This document shows positions 27,157 to 38,500 of a stretch of DNA of 64,000 nucleotides, in pieces; the first letter of the stretch is position 1; each line of letters begins with the position of its first letter. The notes under the pieces were generated by a model. That model was not told the DNA's origin. It ran no database searches and saw nothing but the letters and a program-made list of their open reading frames with translations. This stretch comes from a virus (taxonomy: Duplodnaviria; Heunggongvirae; Uroviricota; Caudoviricetes), in the IMG/VR virus record IMGVR_UViG_3300042296_001032; one strand, given 5' to 3'. The position numbers and the translations under genes were made by a program.

Positions 27157-29192
27157 TATAAATCAAAAGCTATTTCAATTATAACCGTTGTTGTGTTATT
27201 TTTTTCTATCGGTAGGTTTAGTTTACCAATAGCAACTAATTCACCACCTGTACTATAAATACCAACTTCAGAAATGTGGACATTTTGGCCACTATTAAAC
27301 CACGTTGGGTTTGTTGTTGAGTTAAATAAGGTAGGTGGTACAACAATATTAAATTTAGTTCTCCATTTTCTTGTTGTACCTGCGGAACTAACATTACCGA
27401 AGAAGAAATTTTCGTCACCAAATTGTAGTAAATTTTGTTGTATTGTTGTTGGTACTGTCAAATAGTTGTTCACAATATATTGTGTAGATGCTGACAAATA
27501 CATATTTTTATTAATTGTAAATGTTGTGTTTTCTAAATTTAACGGGTTAATAGTATCACCAACTACTTGGCCATTAATTTGGTTTGTGTAATCCATAATT
27601 ACCCAACCATCAGAAACAGGTTTTTCACCTGAAGAAACTCTTTGTGCGATTAAATATAATTTATCAGCTTCAAATCCAGTTCCACCACTAACCGTCATGT
27701 ACGGTAGTCCCGAAGTCGGGAATGTGATTTGTACGTCTTTTTTAGCGTTATCAGGACATTCTTGTTCAGTTAAAACAACACATGTATAATTTTGTGCGTG
27801 TAAACCTGTTGTATAACCAGAACTACTAGCCAACATGTATGATACATATAAATCTTGTGTTTGGCCAATTAAACCATCTGTAGCCGTAACTAAACCATAT
27901 CCTAAAGTTGGTAAAGTCCAATTCCTATTAGATTTATATGACATTGCTGCCACTAATTCTTGGTCGTCTATTGTCATAACTTGTTGGTCAGGAAAAATCC
28001 TACCAACATAATTAATACCACTACTATCAACTAAATCATAATATCTAACCTCAGTAGAAACACCACTAAAGGTTACGTATTTTTCAACACCAGTACCTGA
28101 GAATGTCTCACCAATCATATCTGCTGTACCCGAACCTGAGAATACTCTACCATGCCACATCAATGTAGGCATATTAAGTATCGGTGATGCTGGTACTGTT
28201 GTATCGATATAAAGTCTTTGTCCGTAAACACTTTCAGATTGGTTGTTACAAGTCTGTACGTTAGTGTAGTGAACTAAAGCAATTGACCTTTCATCTTCAC
28301 AATTACTAGTTATTTCAGAAGTATATCCAAAATATTCTTTTGAACCAACATAACTTTCACTTCCGTATAGATTAAAATTCTCAAAAGTACCAATACCATC
28401 ATCAATACCTGCCATAGGATATGACCATACATTGTTTTGGTTCCATACTGTTCCTGCTGAATATATTCCGTCAGTACTAAAAGTATTTCCTGTTGGGTAA
28501 AATGCTGACCAACAATAATTGGTTCCTGTATAACCAGGGAAGTAAGCAAAATTTCTATCTAAAGTTACGTTTAAAGTATTTGCTGATAATAAACCAGTTT
28601 TATTTTGTACCCTATACCATAAGTAAGGTACAGGTATATTTTGGTCGATAACAGCATCTCTTTGTGTAACACTCAATTCATCATTACTCATTTTAACTAA
28701 CATAAAATCACCAATAGATGGTTCATATGTGTTAGTTCCATAAGTTGCTGATTGTAAGACAGGTATTACGGTTGTTGAACCTGTTAAACCACTTAAAGGA
28801 ACAATCGTATCAGTCTGTAAAACATAATTAGTGGTTGTATAAGCACTATATTCTGTTCCACCTGATGTTATTTCAAAGAAACCCAATTCAGGTGCTTGTG
28901 TTATTGTAACCAACTCTAATGCCGTAACTTGTGTTAGACCTAAAGCCGCTTGGTTAGGTAAACTTGTTAATGTTGGTAACAAAACCGTCTTCATCTCAGG
29001 TTGATTGGCTTTGGCTCTTAAGATATTCTCTAACGTAATATCATATGTTGGCCCCAAAGTTGTGTAATCAATCTCTGAATCACCTAATTTAAAGGTGTTA
29101 AAAGTTAACGCTCCGTTAGCCAATAAATTTCTACCTTTATCTGTAAGTCTTGCACTTACTACAATATTTGAATTTTTATCTATATAACTCAC
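27156..29192 (-). CDS. Virion structural protein, tail-collar/baseplate-fibre family
   Basis: N-terminal ARLTDKGRNLLANG..F..FKLGDSEIDY and C-terminal ISEVGIYSTGGELVAIGKL; ATATTTAT at 29208-29215. Confidence 0.6.
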   Translation of the reverse strand: MSYIDKNSNIVVSARLTDKGRNLLANGALTFNTFKLGDSEIDYTTLGPTYDITLENILRAKANQPEMKTVLLPTLTSLPNQAALGLTQVTALELVTITQAPELGFFEITSGGTEYSAYTTTNYVLQTDTIVPLSGLTGSTTVIPVLQSATYGTNTYEPSIGDFMLVKMSNDELSVTQRDAVIDQNIPVPYLWYRVQNKTGLLSANTLNVTLDRNFAYFPGYTGTNYCWSAFYPTGNTFSTDGIYSAGTVWNQNNVWSYPMAGIDDGIGTFENFNLYGSESYVGSKEYFGYTSEITSNCEDERSIALVHYTNVQTCNNQSESVYGQRLYIDTTVPASPILNMPTLMWHGRVFSGSGTADMIGETFSGTGVEKYVTFSGVSTEVRYYDLVDSSGINYVGRIFPDQQVMTIDDQELVAAMSYKSNRNWTLPTLGYGLVTATDGLIGQTQDLYVSYMLASSSGYTTGLHAQNYTCVVLTEQECPDNAKKDVQITFPTSGLPYMTVSGGTGFEADKLYLIAQRVSSGEKPVSDGWVIMDYTNQINGQVVGDTINPLNLENTTFTINKNMYLSASTQYIVNNYLTVPTTIQQNLLQFGDENFFFGNVSSAGTTRKWRTKFNIVVPPTLFNSTTNPTWFNSGQNVHISEVGIYSTGGELVAIGKLNLPIEKNNTTTVIIEIAFDL

Positions 29193-29228
29193 TTCTTATG
29201 TTTTTTTATAAATATTTAAATTATTATT

Positions 29229-31661
29229 TTATTCAAAAAAATCTTTTTTTAATTTATCCAATGCCGTACTACCAGCCGTTATACCAAAGTAAAAATATAC
29301 CAAATCGTAACGAGAAGCGTAATAAAGGTCAGCGTTCCAATTGTAGGGACAACCAAACAATCTATTAAGTGTTAAATCTAAATAACCCCCACTTGTTGGT
29401 GCTATAACTGGACTTGTGTTGTTACAATGTGAGACTACTGGGTTACCATCCGAACCGTATATTGGCTGGAAGTCTATCCTACAGTAATATTTTAACCAAC
29501 AACCTCCGTGATTTTGTTTTAACTCTTTATCAGCGTATTGTGCATCTAAAAAAGCGTCTGTTGCCCAAATTGAAAGGTTCTTACCCCATTTACCAGGTAA
29601 ATTATTGGGTAAATTATTCATATCATTATTCTGATAAGGAAAAAAATCATTGGGGTCTAGGTAAGTTGTTGGTGATAAAAATGGTATTAGATTTTGTGTT
29701 CTAATTCCATTTTCAACATTAGTAGTCATACAAAATCTAGCACCAGTCGGTTTAAAGAAAGGTTTTAAAACGCTACCAACATTATTAGATAAACTATCTT
29801 TTAACGTATCCAATATTTCTTGACACATTAACATAGAACCAATATTCATAATTCTTGTGTCCGAACCCCATTTACAATAAACAAATTCTTCTGTGTCGTT
29901 AGCACCATTTAATACACCTGGAATTGATTTTGGTGTAATGAATGTACATCTAGTACCTTCTGGCATTTCAGTTCCATTTGCTTGAGCATTAGCCCAAGAA
30001 TTCGGGTTTGTGGCTAGTACATTTGGGTATTGTGTGGTGTTTATGGTGTATTGGATATCCCCTTCCACCATAAAGTAACGGTCAACATTAGCGTTATGAC
30101 CAAAACCACAACAATCATAATCGCCATTATTTTTTGTTCTTACTTGAAATTTTGGTAAGTAACACCCACCATTTAACCATGCATCATAAAAACAAGCTTT
30201 AACTTTTTTTCTCTTAGAAAAGCCTGAAAAAGGTCTTTTTATGAAAACATTATAAGGGACATCAAGGTTTTTGTTACCACCTTCAGATTGTGTATCATCC
30301 TCATCATCCTCATTACTTAACGAAACTGGGGTAATTACAAATTCACCACAATTTTTTAACCCAATAAAGTCAAATCTACCAGATTTCCTTTTCTTTAACT
30401 TTCTTATAAATTGTGTTGTAGTATAAACTTGTTTCCATTCAAAAGTATGAAAATCTGTATTAACATTAATCATTGCATAACTATCAATGTCGTCAGTAAA
30501 TCTAACAGAACTATTTGTACTAGGTGTTATTAAACTAGCTGTTCTAAAAGTTTTTCTACCTTTAAAAGTGGCTGAATTGTCATTAAATTTTAATTTAAAT
30601 CTATATTTACCTTTAGTGGGTACACCTTTGGTTTGGTCTGGTGATTTAACTAAATTACCGAATTCATCTGTTACTACCTTATCATAATACAATGGTAATG
30701 TAAATACATAAACACCGTTTTCATCAATTTCTTTCGAGGGTAATCTTGATATGTTTATGGGGTCACCATCATCATTAACTTCTAATCTTAGAATATCTAC
30801 TTGTCCTGAAGCGGTAATTAACTGTGTTTGGTCTCCCATAAATCTTTTAATTCTACAACTTTTCTTTAAATAATTCTTATCAGAATCGGTAAAGATTGAA
30901 CCCATAAAAATAGCGTTAGCAACTAAATCGTTACCAATATTAAAATCAACTCTAGTAATCCCAAAATTACATCTTTCCTCATCACCCCAAAAAGGAACAA
31001 CTTCAACACCTTTATTTTGTGTTTTAATTTGTGCCAAACTATCTAGGTTAGTAGATTTTTTAAAATTTTTACCATCAAATAAAGAATCAGTGAATCCTTG
31101 TGATTTTAAATCATAAGGTCTAAGGCTTAAAAATCCTATGTCACTTATATCAACATCCATGTGTATTGTTTGTTGTCCAGGTGGAACCCCAAATATGATA
31201 TAATCTCCTGCGTCATTAGTGACTGTTGTATATCTATAATATTTATCAAATATTTCTAAATAAATTTCATTATTTAATAACGTTTCTTTTGTTGGGAAAG
31301 TTCCTACGGCCTGATTAAGACTACAAGTTGACTGTTCTAATAATAAATTATATCTATATCCCTCACCATTAACACTAGTTACTGTTTTATAAGGGTATAA
31401 AGTATTTATTAAATCATTTTTTTGGTCTTCGCTAGTAACAGGTATAAATATAGAAACCTTAGCATTCGGGACACCAAAACCTTCATTAGATATTACACGT
31501 CCAACTACAACACCATAATCAGCACAAAAAGATTCATAAACATCTTGTTGTGTTATTTTTAAACTTAAGATTTCAATAAAATCAAAGTCTTGTTTTAACT
31601 CAAAACTAATATTTTTATCTACACCAGGTGTTGTTCTTATTCTTATACTCTTATTCTCCAT
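29229..31661 (-). CDS. Virion structural protein with a carboxypeptidase-regulatory-like beta-sandwich N-terminus
   Basis: GVVVGRV..NEGFGVPNAKVSIF and VTNDAGDYIIFGVPPG motifs. Confidence 0.55.
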   Translation of the reverse strand: MENKSIRIRTTPGVDKNISFELKQDFDFIEILSLKITQQDVYESFCADYGVVVGRVISNEGFGVPNAKVSIFIPVTSEDQKNDLINTLYPYKTVTSVNGEGYRYNLLLEQSTCSLNQAVGTFPTKETLLNNEIYLEIFDKYYRYTTVTNDAGDYIIFGVPPGQQTIHMDVDISDIGFLSLRPYDLKSQGFTDSLFDGKNFKKSTNLDSLAQIKTQNKGVEVVPFWGDEERCNFGITRVDFNIGNDLVANAIFMGSIFTDSDKNYLKKSCRIKRFMGDQTQLITASGQVDILRLEVNDDGDPINISRLPSKEIDENGVYVFTLPLYYDKVVTDEFGNLVKSPDQTKGVPTKGKYRFKLKFNDNSATFKGRKTFRTASLITPSTNSSVRFTDDIDSYAMINVNTDFHTFEWKQVYTTTQFIRKLKKRKSGRFDFIGLKNCGEFVITPVSLSNEDDEDDTQSEGGNKNLDVPYNVFIKRPFSGFSKRKKVKACFYDAWLNGGCYLPKFQVRTKNNGDYDCCGFGHNANVDRYFMVEGDIQYTINTTQYPNVLATNPNSWANAQANGTEMPEGTRCTFITPKSIPGVLNGANDTEEFVYCKWGSDTRIMNIGSMLMCQEILDTLKDSLSNNVGSVLKPFFKPTGARFCMTTNVENGIRTQNLIPFLSPTTYLDPNDFFPYQNNDMNNLPNNLPGKWGKNLSIWATDAFLDAQYADKELKQNHGGCWLKYYCRIDFQPIYGSDGNPVVSHCNNTSPVIAPTSGGYLDLTLNRLFGCPYNWNADLYYASRYDLVYFYFGITAGSTALDKLKKDFFE

Positions 31662-31663
31662 TA

Positions 31664-33268
31664 TTAATAACTGTTTTTAGCATAGTCAATGTTAACTTTA
31701 AATGATACTGTATCACTTACACTTCTAGTTGTTACCACATTATCAAATAATATATGGTAATTTTTGAAAAAACATATCCTAAGTAAAAATTTTTCACCTA
31801 CATTTGTAGGTAATTGGTCTAATGTTGTAGAATATTCGGATTGTAATCTATCAAATCCATATAATTTGGATTGTACTAAATTTAAAAATTGGGTATCATC
31901 AAAAGTAGTTACTTGTATTAGGAATTTACCATCCTCACTCTTAATAGAAGAATATGATTGTGGGGCTTCCCATAAAATAGTTGGTGTTAATGTTCTATAA
32001 TACCCTAAGTCAAAATACTTAGAACCTAAATCTGTAAAATAAAAAATAGATATAGCATCATTTATTTGTATTTGATTTAAAGGGTTTATTATTAATTTTG
32101 AGTTGTCCGTAGAACTAAGAAAGTACTCAACATTTTCTTGTAGTTTAACCCCGTTAATTACAATTATTAAACTAGACTCACTTCTATTTAGTTTTGTTAA
32201 TAATATTTCTTGTCTGTTTTTTACAGGGTTGTAATTTACTGTTAAACTTGTCACCCCTGATGTAATACCAGTTGTTATAGTATTAACAATTCCCGCATCT
32301 ATATTCAAATAATTTTCATATAAATTAATACTATCAACAGTTACATCTGGATTGTTTAAATAAACAACTTGGATTACATCTTTTGTTGGTTCTATTTCAC
32401 CTGAAATGATTTCAAAATAACCATTACCCAAATTACTTAAATAAACCCAATCTAAATTTTCTGTCAATAAAATACCATTAACAAATACAATAAATTTATT
32501 ATTTAAAGCATATCCACCAATTTTAAACACGGATGTGTAACCTTCTAACAAATTAGGGGTTTCTGTAATTAAGGTAGCGTTTTGTAATATATCAAAAGTA
32601 TTGATTTGACCAATTGTGGGTTTATCAGGATTAACTGTTGTTACAAAATACCAACCATCATCAAATAAAGATTCTTTTGTTTGTGTAGACATATCAAAAG
32701 TGTTTACCTTAAGATTATCTACAAGATTTTGTGTTTGGAATATATTATAATCTTTTATGATATATTCAGCATCAATAACAGGTAATGATGATTTATTTAT
32801 AGTTTCATAAATTGTATTAGCGGTTATTGTTGAATAACCAAAACAATTTGAATATGTTGAATCTATTTTTGTGACGTAATCACGATTTTTGGGTAATTTA
32901 GCTAATTGGAATGTGTGGTAACAAAAATTACCAGTGTATGCACTATACTGTGTATTACCCGTAATTTGGAATACTAAGTCTATTTCATCAACATCAGATA
33001 AGTTATAAACGGCAGTACAAGCTGACGTAGAATAAGAACTACCCGTAGTAAAACCACTACAGTTTATTGTTGTAAATCCTGATGTAGGTTTAGTTGTTCC
33101 ACTTAAATTATATAAAGGATTTAAAAAAGTTTCTTCTAAAAAAGCTAAACTATTACTAATATTGTAAATGTTAGATAAACCCAAAGACCTATCAACATTA
33201 GTTTGTTCTACAGAAGTTAAATTTACTGTAGGGATATCTGTTTTTTTATTTTTACATAATATACACAT
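31664..33268 (-). CDS. Virion structural protein with two VxxNGxxLxE repeats
   Basis: VFVNGILLTENLDW and IVINGVKLQENVEY. Confidence 0.5.
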   Translation of the reverse strand: MCILCKNKKTDIPTVNLTSVEQTNVDRSLGLSNIYNISNSLAFLEETFLNPLYNLSGTTKPTSGFTTINCSGFTTGSSYSTSACTAVYNLSDVDEIDLVFQITGNTQYSAYTGNFCYHTFQLAKLPKNRDYVTKIDSTYSNCFGYSTITANTIYETINKSSLPVIDAEYIIKDYNIFQTQNLVDNLKVNTFDMSTQTKESLFDDGWYFVTTVNPDKPTIGQINTFDILQNATLITETPNLLEGYTSVFKIGGYALNNKFIVFVNGILLTENLDWVYLSNLGNGYFEIISGEIEPTKDVIQVVYLNNPDVTVDSINLYENYLNIDAGIVNTITTGITSGVTSLTVNYNPVKNRQEILLTKLNRSESSLIIVINGVKLQENVEYFLSSTDNSKLIINPLNQIQINDAISIFYFTDLGSKYFDLGYYRTLTPTILWEAPQSYSSIKSEDGKFLIQVTTFDDTQFLNLVQSKLYGFDRLQSEYSTTLDQLPTNVGEKFLLRICFFKNYHILFDNVVTTRSVSDTVSFKVNIDYAKNSY

Positions 33269-35580
33269 TATACAAATACTTCTTTTACTCCACCTCTAAT
33301 TAAGTTATTATAATATTCTTGTTTTTGTTTAAGTAAAGGTTCTAATTGTGGTTGTGTTAATGTAACAACATTTACTACCACGATTCCACCACCCCCTGTC
33401 GGGTCTTGTGTTGTTGAAATTACTACTGTACCATCAGTAATTATAGGTCCGTTAGTTGAATCGTGTGGTGTCCCCGAACTAGTACCAGATAAAACAGTAC
33501 TATCAACATTACTAGTTACAACATCCCCACCATTAAGTGTGAATCCTGTATATGGAACAAAATTAGTGCCATATTCAATAACTGTTATTTCAGATTCAAC
33601 ATATTCAAAATCAAAATCACACACATCAAATTGTGGGCAAATAAATGAATCATTATTACACCATTTTTCACCTGAGACAAATATTGTGGTTGCTGGTACA
33701 AATTGTTCAATCATCCTAACCCAAAAACTTTGGAAAACTTTTTTGTACTCTTCTAATTGTAATAGTGTGGCTGTTTTTACACAATAAGAACCTGTTGATG
33801 CTGTTACTGTTTCTACTATCGTACTTGCAGTAGTGACTCCACTATAACAAGTTCCAGCACTTAAAGTATATCCACTAGGACAATAAGTCTCAGTTTTTGT
33901 ACAATATTCAGTCCCACCTGTAGTTGTTACAAGTGAATACCCATCAGGGCATTTACTATATTCAACACAACAATCACTACACATGTTAAATGTAAGTTCC
34001 ATTTCCTTACTGATAATAACGGAATTACTATGTGGTTCTAATATGTTAGATTGTTCAAAATAATCTGTATATCTCCACGGAATATCTGCATCAGCACTAG
34101 GTGCGAATGTTCTATTCACATAACCATAACCTTGTATTAACCCTACCTGACCCCTATCTCTTATTAAATTATCCTGTGTTGATTCCCCGATATTTTCTAA
34201 ACCTGGGTTATATACCCAAGACCTTTTATTATCAATAACTCTTACTAAATCAAATCCAACACATTTTTTAGTATCAAAAAATAATCTATCTTCTTCTTTA
34301 TAACAATCAATCCTAATATTATCTACTCTAACATCATATTCACAGCAAGGTATTATTCCACCACCGATATTTAACATTAAATTAAAAGTTTCACCAGAAT
34401 TAACAGTAAATCTAGCACTTAAATCAACCCAAGTATTAAAACCGTCTACACTTGAATCAAAGACCCCAAATTGTGAAATTACAACATTCGGGTTATTTGT
34501 TAATAACGACGCAGTTAAAAATTCAGTAAAACAAATTTCTGATGGTTGTGTAAAAAATATTTTAGCTGAAACAACTAAATCATCACAACCATCGGGTTTT
34601 ATTGGTTCACTATTTAAAGTGATGTTGATGGAGTCTGGCCCACCAATAGTTAAATCAGGACTTTTTTCACAGATTCCTAGGATTGGGTTCCAAACTACAT
34701 CAAAACCAACAATTTCTTTAGTACAACAAGACTCATTTAAACTTTCATTAATTTTTGAAATTGTACCGAAAACTTGTTCTACATTAGGTCTGTCAGGTAT
34801 ATTGGCTGGTTGTGTTGTAAAATCACTATATAAACAACCATAATTTGTTAAAGGTATTTTACATAAGTTATGGGTAGAATCCCAATAAACATTAGGTATA
34901 CCAGTAACTTCAGGTGTACAACAATCAGGACTAGTTACACCAATAACAGTATCTTTACTTATTGAAATAGCAATATTTGGTGGACATGAGTTTTTTAATA
35001 CTTTACAAAAACCTGTATTACCTTGTGAAATCCATATAACATCGGAACCAACAATATTCCTGTTACAACATTCTTGTGATAACGGTATTTGATTTCCGTT
35101 TGTGGTGTAAAAAATATCACCCGATAAAGTTATGTATATTTGTGTGGCATCTGGACAAACATTCGAAATTTCTAAAGATGGTAATGTTCCTATTGCACCA
35201 CCTGCTGAAACTCCTGTTGAACCTCCCGTTCCATTATTATCACCAGGAAGCCATCTAGCTGTACAACAACCTTTTGTATAAGTAGGACCTGCTGCTGTAG
35301 TTTCTGAACCTACCACATACGTCCATTGTGCTGCGGTACTATATGAAGTACACATAATATCTCCAGATACAGCTTGTGTACCACCATACACTCTAAGAGT
35401 TGCGGTAGTTGTAGAGTACCCTTGATTTTGATAAGAAGGTGGTAATTGGTTAATAATTTGTGGTCCTGGGATTACATTACCTATCCCTGGTTGGTATGTA
35501 AGTGTACAGGATTGTGTTAGTGGTCCTCCACCTCCCCCTCCTTTTCCACCACCTATTGCTATATTATTATTTTGTCCCAT
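33268..35580 (-). CDS. Cysteine-repeat structural protein
   Basis: Three CC-x4-VG-xx-V-x-W modules; Gly-rich linkers. Confidence 0.55.
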   Translation of the reverse strand: MGQNNNIAIGGGKGGGGGGPLTQSCTLTYQPGIGNVIPGPQIINQLPPSYQNQGYSTTTATLRVYGGTQAVSGDIMCTSYSTAAQWTYVVGSETTAAGPTYTKGCCTARWLPGDNNGTGGSTGVSAGGAIGTLPSLEISNVCPDATQIYITLSGDIFYTTNGNQIPLSQECCNRNIVGSDVIWISQGNTGFCKVLKNSCPPNIAISISKDTVIGVTSPDCCTPEVTGIPNVYWDSTHNLCKIPLTNYGCLYSDFTTQPANIPDRPNVEQVFGTISKINESLNESCCTKEIVGFDVVWNPILGICEKSPDLTIGGPDSINITLNSEPIKPDGCDDLVVSAKIFFTQPSEICFTEFLTASLLTNNPNVVISQFGVFDSSVDGFNTWVDLSARFTVNSGETFNLMLNIGGGIIPCCEYDVRVDNIRIDCYKEEDRLFFDTKKCVGFDLVRVIDNKRSWVYNPGLENIGESTQDNLIRDRGQVGLIQGYGYVNRTFAPSADADIPWRYTDYFEQSNILEPHSNSVIISKEMELTFNMCSDCCVEYSKCPDGYSLVTTTGGTEYCTKTETYCPSGYTLSAGTCYSGVTTASTIVETVTASTGSYCVKTATLLQLEEYKKVFQSFWVRMIEQFVPATTIFVSGEKWCNNDSFICPQFDVCDFDFEYVESEITVIEYGTNFVPYTGFTLNGGDVVTSNVDSTVLSGTSSGTPHDSTNGPIITDGTVVISTTQDPTGGGGIVVVNVVTLTQPQLEPLLKQKQEYYNNLIRGGVKEVFV

Positions 35581-35594
35581 TTATTTTAAATATT

Positions 35595-38500
35595 TTATAA
35601 GTAAGTATTTCCACCAAGAATATATGGATAACATTGTGATGGTTCTACATCTATTCCTGCCGTTATGTTCATACCTACAGTATAACATGATTCATTTGAA
35701 GTATTTATTGTTCTTTTGACTTGGTAACCACACTCTGTTTTTAGTGTGACATCTTGTATATCAACGTCACTAACAACAATACCTGATGAACTTGATGAGT
35801 AGTAAATTGTTTTTACGTCACTAGGGTTAGATATTGTGTAGACTTCCAACTCAATTTTATATGAATAATTGTTTAAACCAATAAAATAGAATCCGTAACC
35901 ATTATTAAAAATATTTGTTAAAGTACCTTGTGTGTTAGGTGTATTAGATAAATTTAATGGTTGTCCAGGTAGTTGTGCTTTAGAAAAATCTATACTTAAA
36001 TCATTTAATGTTTTTTGTATGAAAAGTACTGAATTCCATTTATCAGGTGGTAAATAATTTGCGTCTAATACCGTACTCGGTAAATTTGAATATCCCGATA
36101 AATAATCGTAACCATTTATTATCAATTTCTTAAGTTTGACGTACACTCTTTCATTTAAACCGTAAATACCATAATTACTACCAACATGATATTGTGGGTA
36201 TAATAAGGACATGTAAGTTTCTATTAAAGTATGTCTACAAGAAGTAAATTCAGCAATTTCAGTTTTAACACATTTTTTAGTATTAACATCATAATGATAA
36301 TTTAAATCACCAGTAATTGTTGTATAATTTTTACAACAATTGGCATCTAAAGGAGAACCATCAGAACCCAATACTTCTGTTTGTATAAAAGTATCTGTAC
36401 CTATTAAAACTAAATTATCTAAAAATGTAAAAGTAGTTGGGCAATTTGTTGTGGAAACACTTATAGAAGTGTCAGCTAAATCAAGACAGACTTGATTACC
36501 AAAAGCATCTAAACCAATATAACCACCTTTAGCTTTACAACATTCAAGATTTGATATGTTCTCGTCACTAACACTCATTATAACACAAAAGTCGTTTGGT
36601 ATTAAGTTACAAGAATTACCATTCCATATAACGGGTTGTCCTACAACACTTTCTGTACAACAATCTGGTGTCGATATTCCTGAAACAAGTCCAGTTTGTA
36701 ATATAGTAAAGGTACAGTTACTAGGACTATTACTAACAACACACTCACCATTAATTGATATTGTTACGTCATTACCAACAACGTCTTTTGTACAACATTC
36801 TGCGGATAATAGTTGTGTTGTGCCATTATTGACATAATAAACAACCCCAGTTGGGCTAATTGCTATATTAGTTATATCTGGACATTTAATATTAACAGGA
36901 TTTGCTAATACACAATTAGTACCATCCCACACAACTTGTTGGCCTACCACACTTTGTGTACAACATAACTCACCTAATTTTTGGACTGTCGATGTATTTG
37001 GGTTAGCCGTGTAATTATAATAAACAATGTTATTATTAATTATAATGTCTGAAATATTAGGACAATACACTAAACTAGCTGGACCTAATTGTACTTCACC
37101 AATAGCTCCACCAGTAGCTCCACCACCTGTATTATTATTATTTCTATATCCTCTACAACATCCCTTTTCATATAATAAAGGACTTGTACCAAGTATCGGT
37201 GTCCATTGACTTGTGTAAAAGCTAGCGCACATTTGGTATCCTGACGGAGCAGGTTCACTAGAACTACTAATGATATAACTAAACCCATCAGTATCGTTAT
37301 AAGTGGTTCCAACACCAAGAGTACAACCAAAATTAATCGGACCTCCACCCCCACCGTTACCGTTTGTACCACTTGGAACTTTTAATTGTTTATTTGAATT
37401 TATTAATAAATCATAGTATTCTGTACCACAATAAACATTTGTTGGTGGGCACCAATAACAAACAAAATTAGTATTGTTTGTTTGGATTATTGGGTCGTAA
37501 AATAATTCATCAGCAGTAAATACATCTACAACTGTGTTAGAATTTATGTCCGCTAATATACATCTAGTCCCATCCCAATAAACATCAGTACCCACAACAA
37601 TATTAGTACAACAAGTTTCGTTTTCTACTCCAAAGACTAAACCACTAGGTAAAATAGAAATTTGTCCTTCTGTGGGACATATAGTAGTTATTGTTGACAC
37701 ACTACTAGGTAAATAATAACCACCTATATTAGAACAACATTGTTCAGTTATTTGTGAGGCAACTATTAAATCTTGTTGGTTTGTATTTAGTAAACTATAG
37801 ATATTTGTTAAATCAACAGCTACTGGAGTTAAATCGTTGGCAAATATAATCCCATTATCGTAATATATTAAATCTGTAGGACAAGTTAATTCACAATTAG
37901 ACCCACCATAACTAAATGTTATTCTTAATGAAGCTCCACTATGACCATACGTAACATCACCAACACCACCTGCCATAACTACAGTAGCATTAGATGATAT
38001 TTGATTATTGTCGTTTAGTATTTGTGCGTAATCCCCACCGTAATTTGAAACCCCGTCTTCTATGTCACCATTATTAAAATCTTTAAATAAATTATCTAAA
38101 GTAATAAATGTTGTAGTTCCTGTTGTAGTCCCTTGAAAATCTTCAACGAAACACCTAAACCTATCCAAATACATTTTACCGTAATCGTAAGGCCCAATAT
38201 GTGGGTTATTACCAATTTCGGATAAATTACCACCATTATACCAAAAACCATTCATCTGATAATAAAAAGCATCACCGTCTGCTGGTACTTTTGGAAATCC
38301 GTATTGGTCTATCGGGTATGATATTTCACCAGCGGTTAAACTAGATATAAAATCGTCTACCGGTTGGTCAAAATATTCGGCTAATAAAGTATATACCTTA
38401 TCAGCATTCAATTTATCTTTAGCTATATAAAGATATTCGTCAAGACTAACCACACACTTTTGGATTCCAAAAAGGTTTAAGAAAAATTCCAATACTTTTC

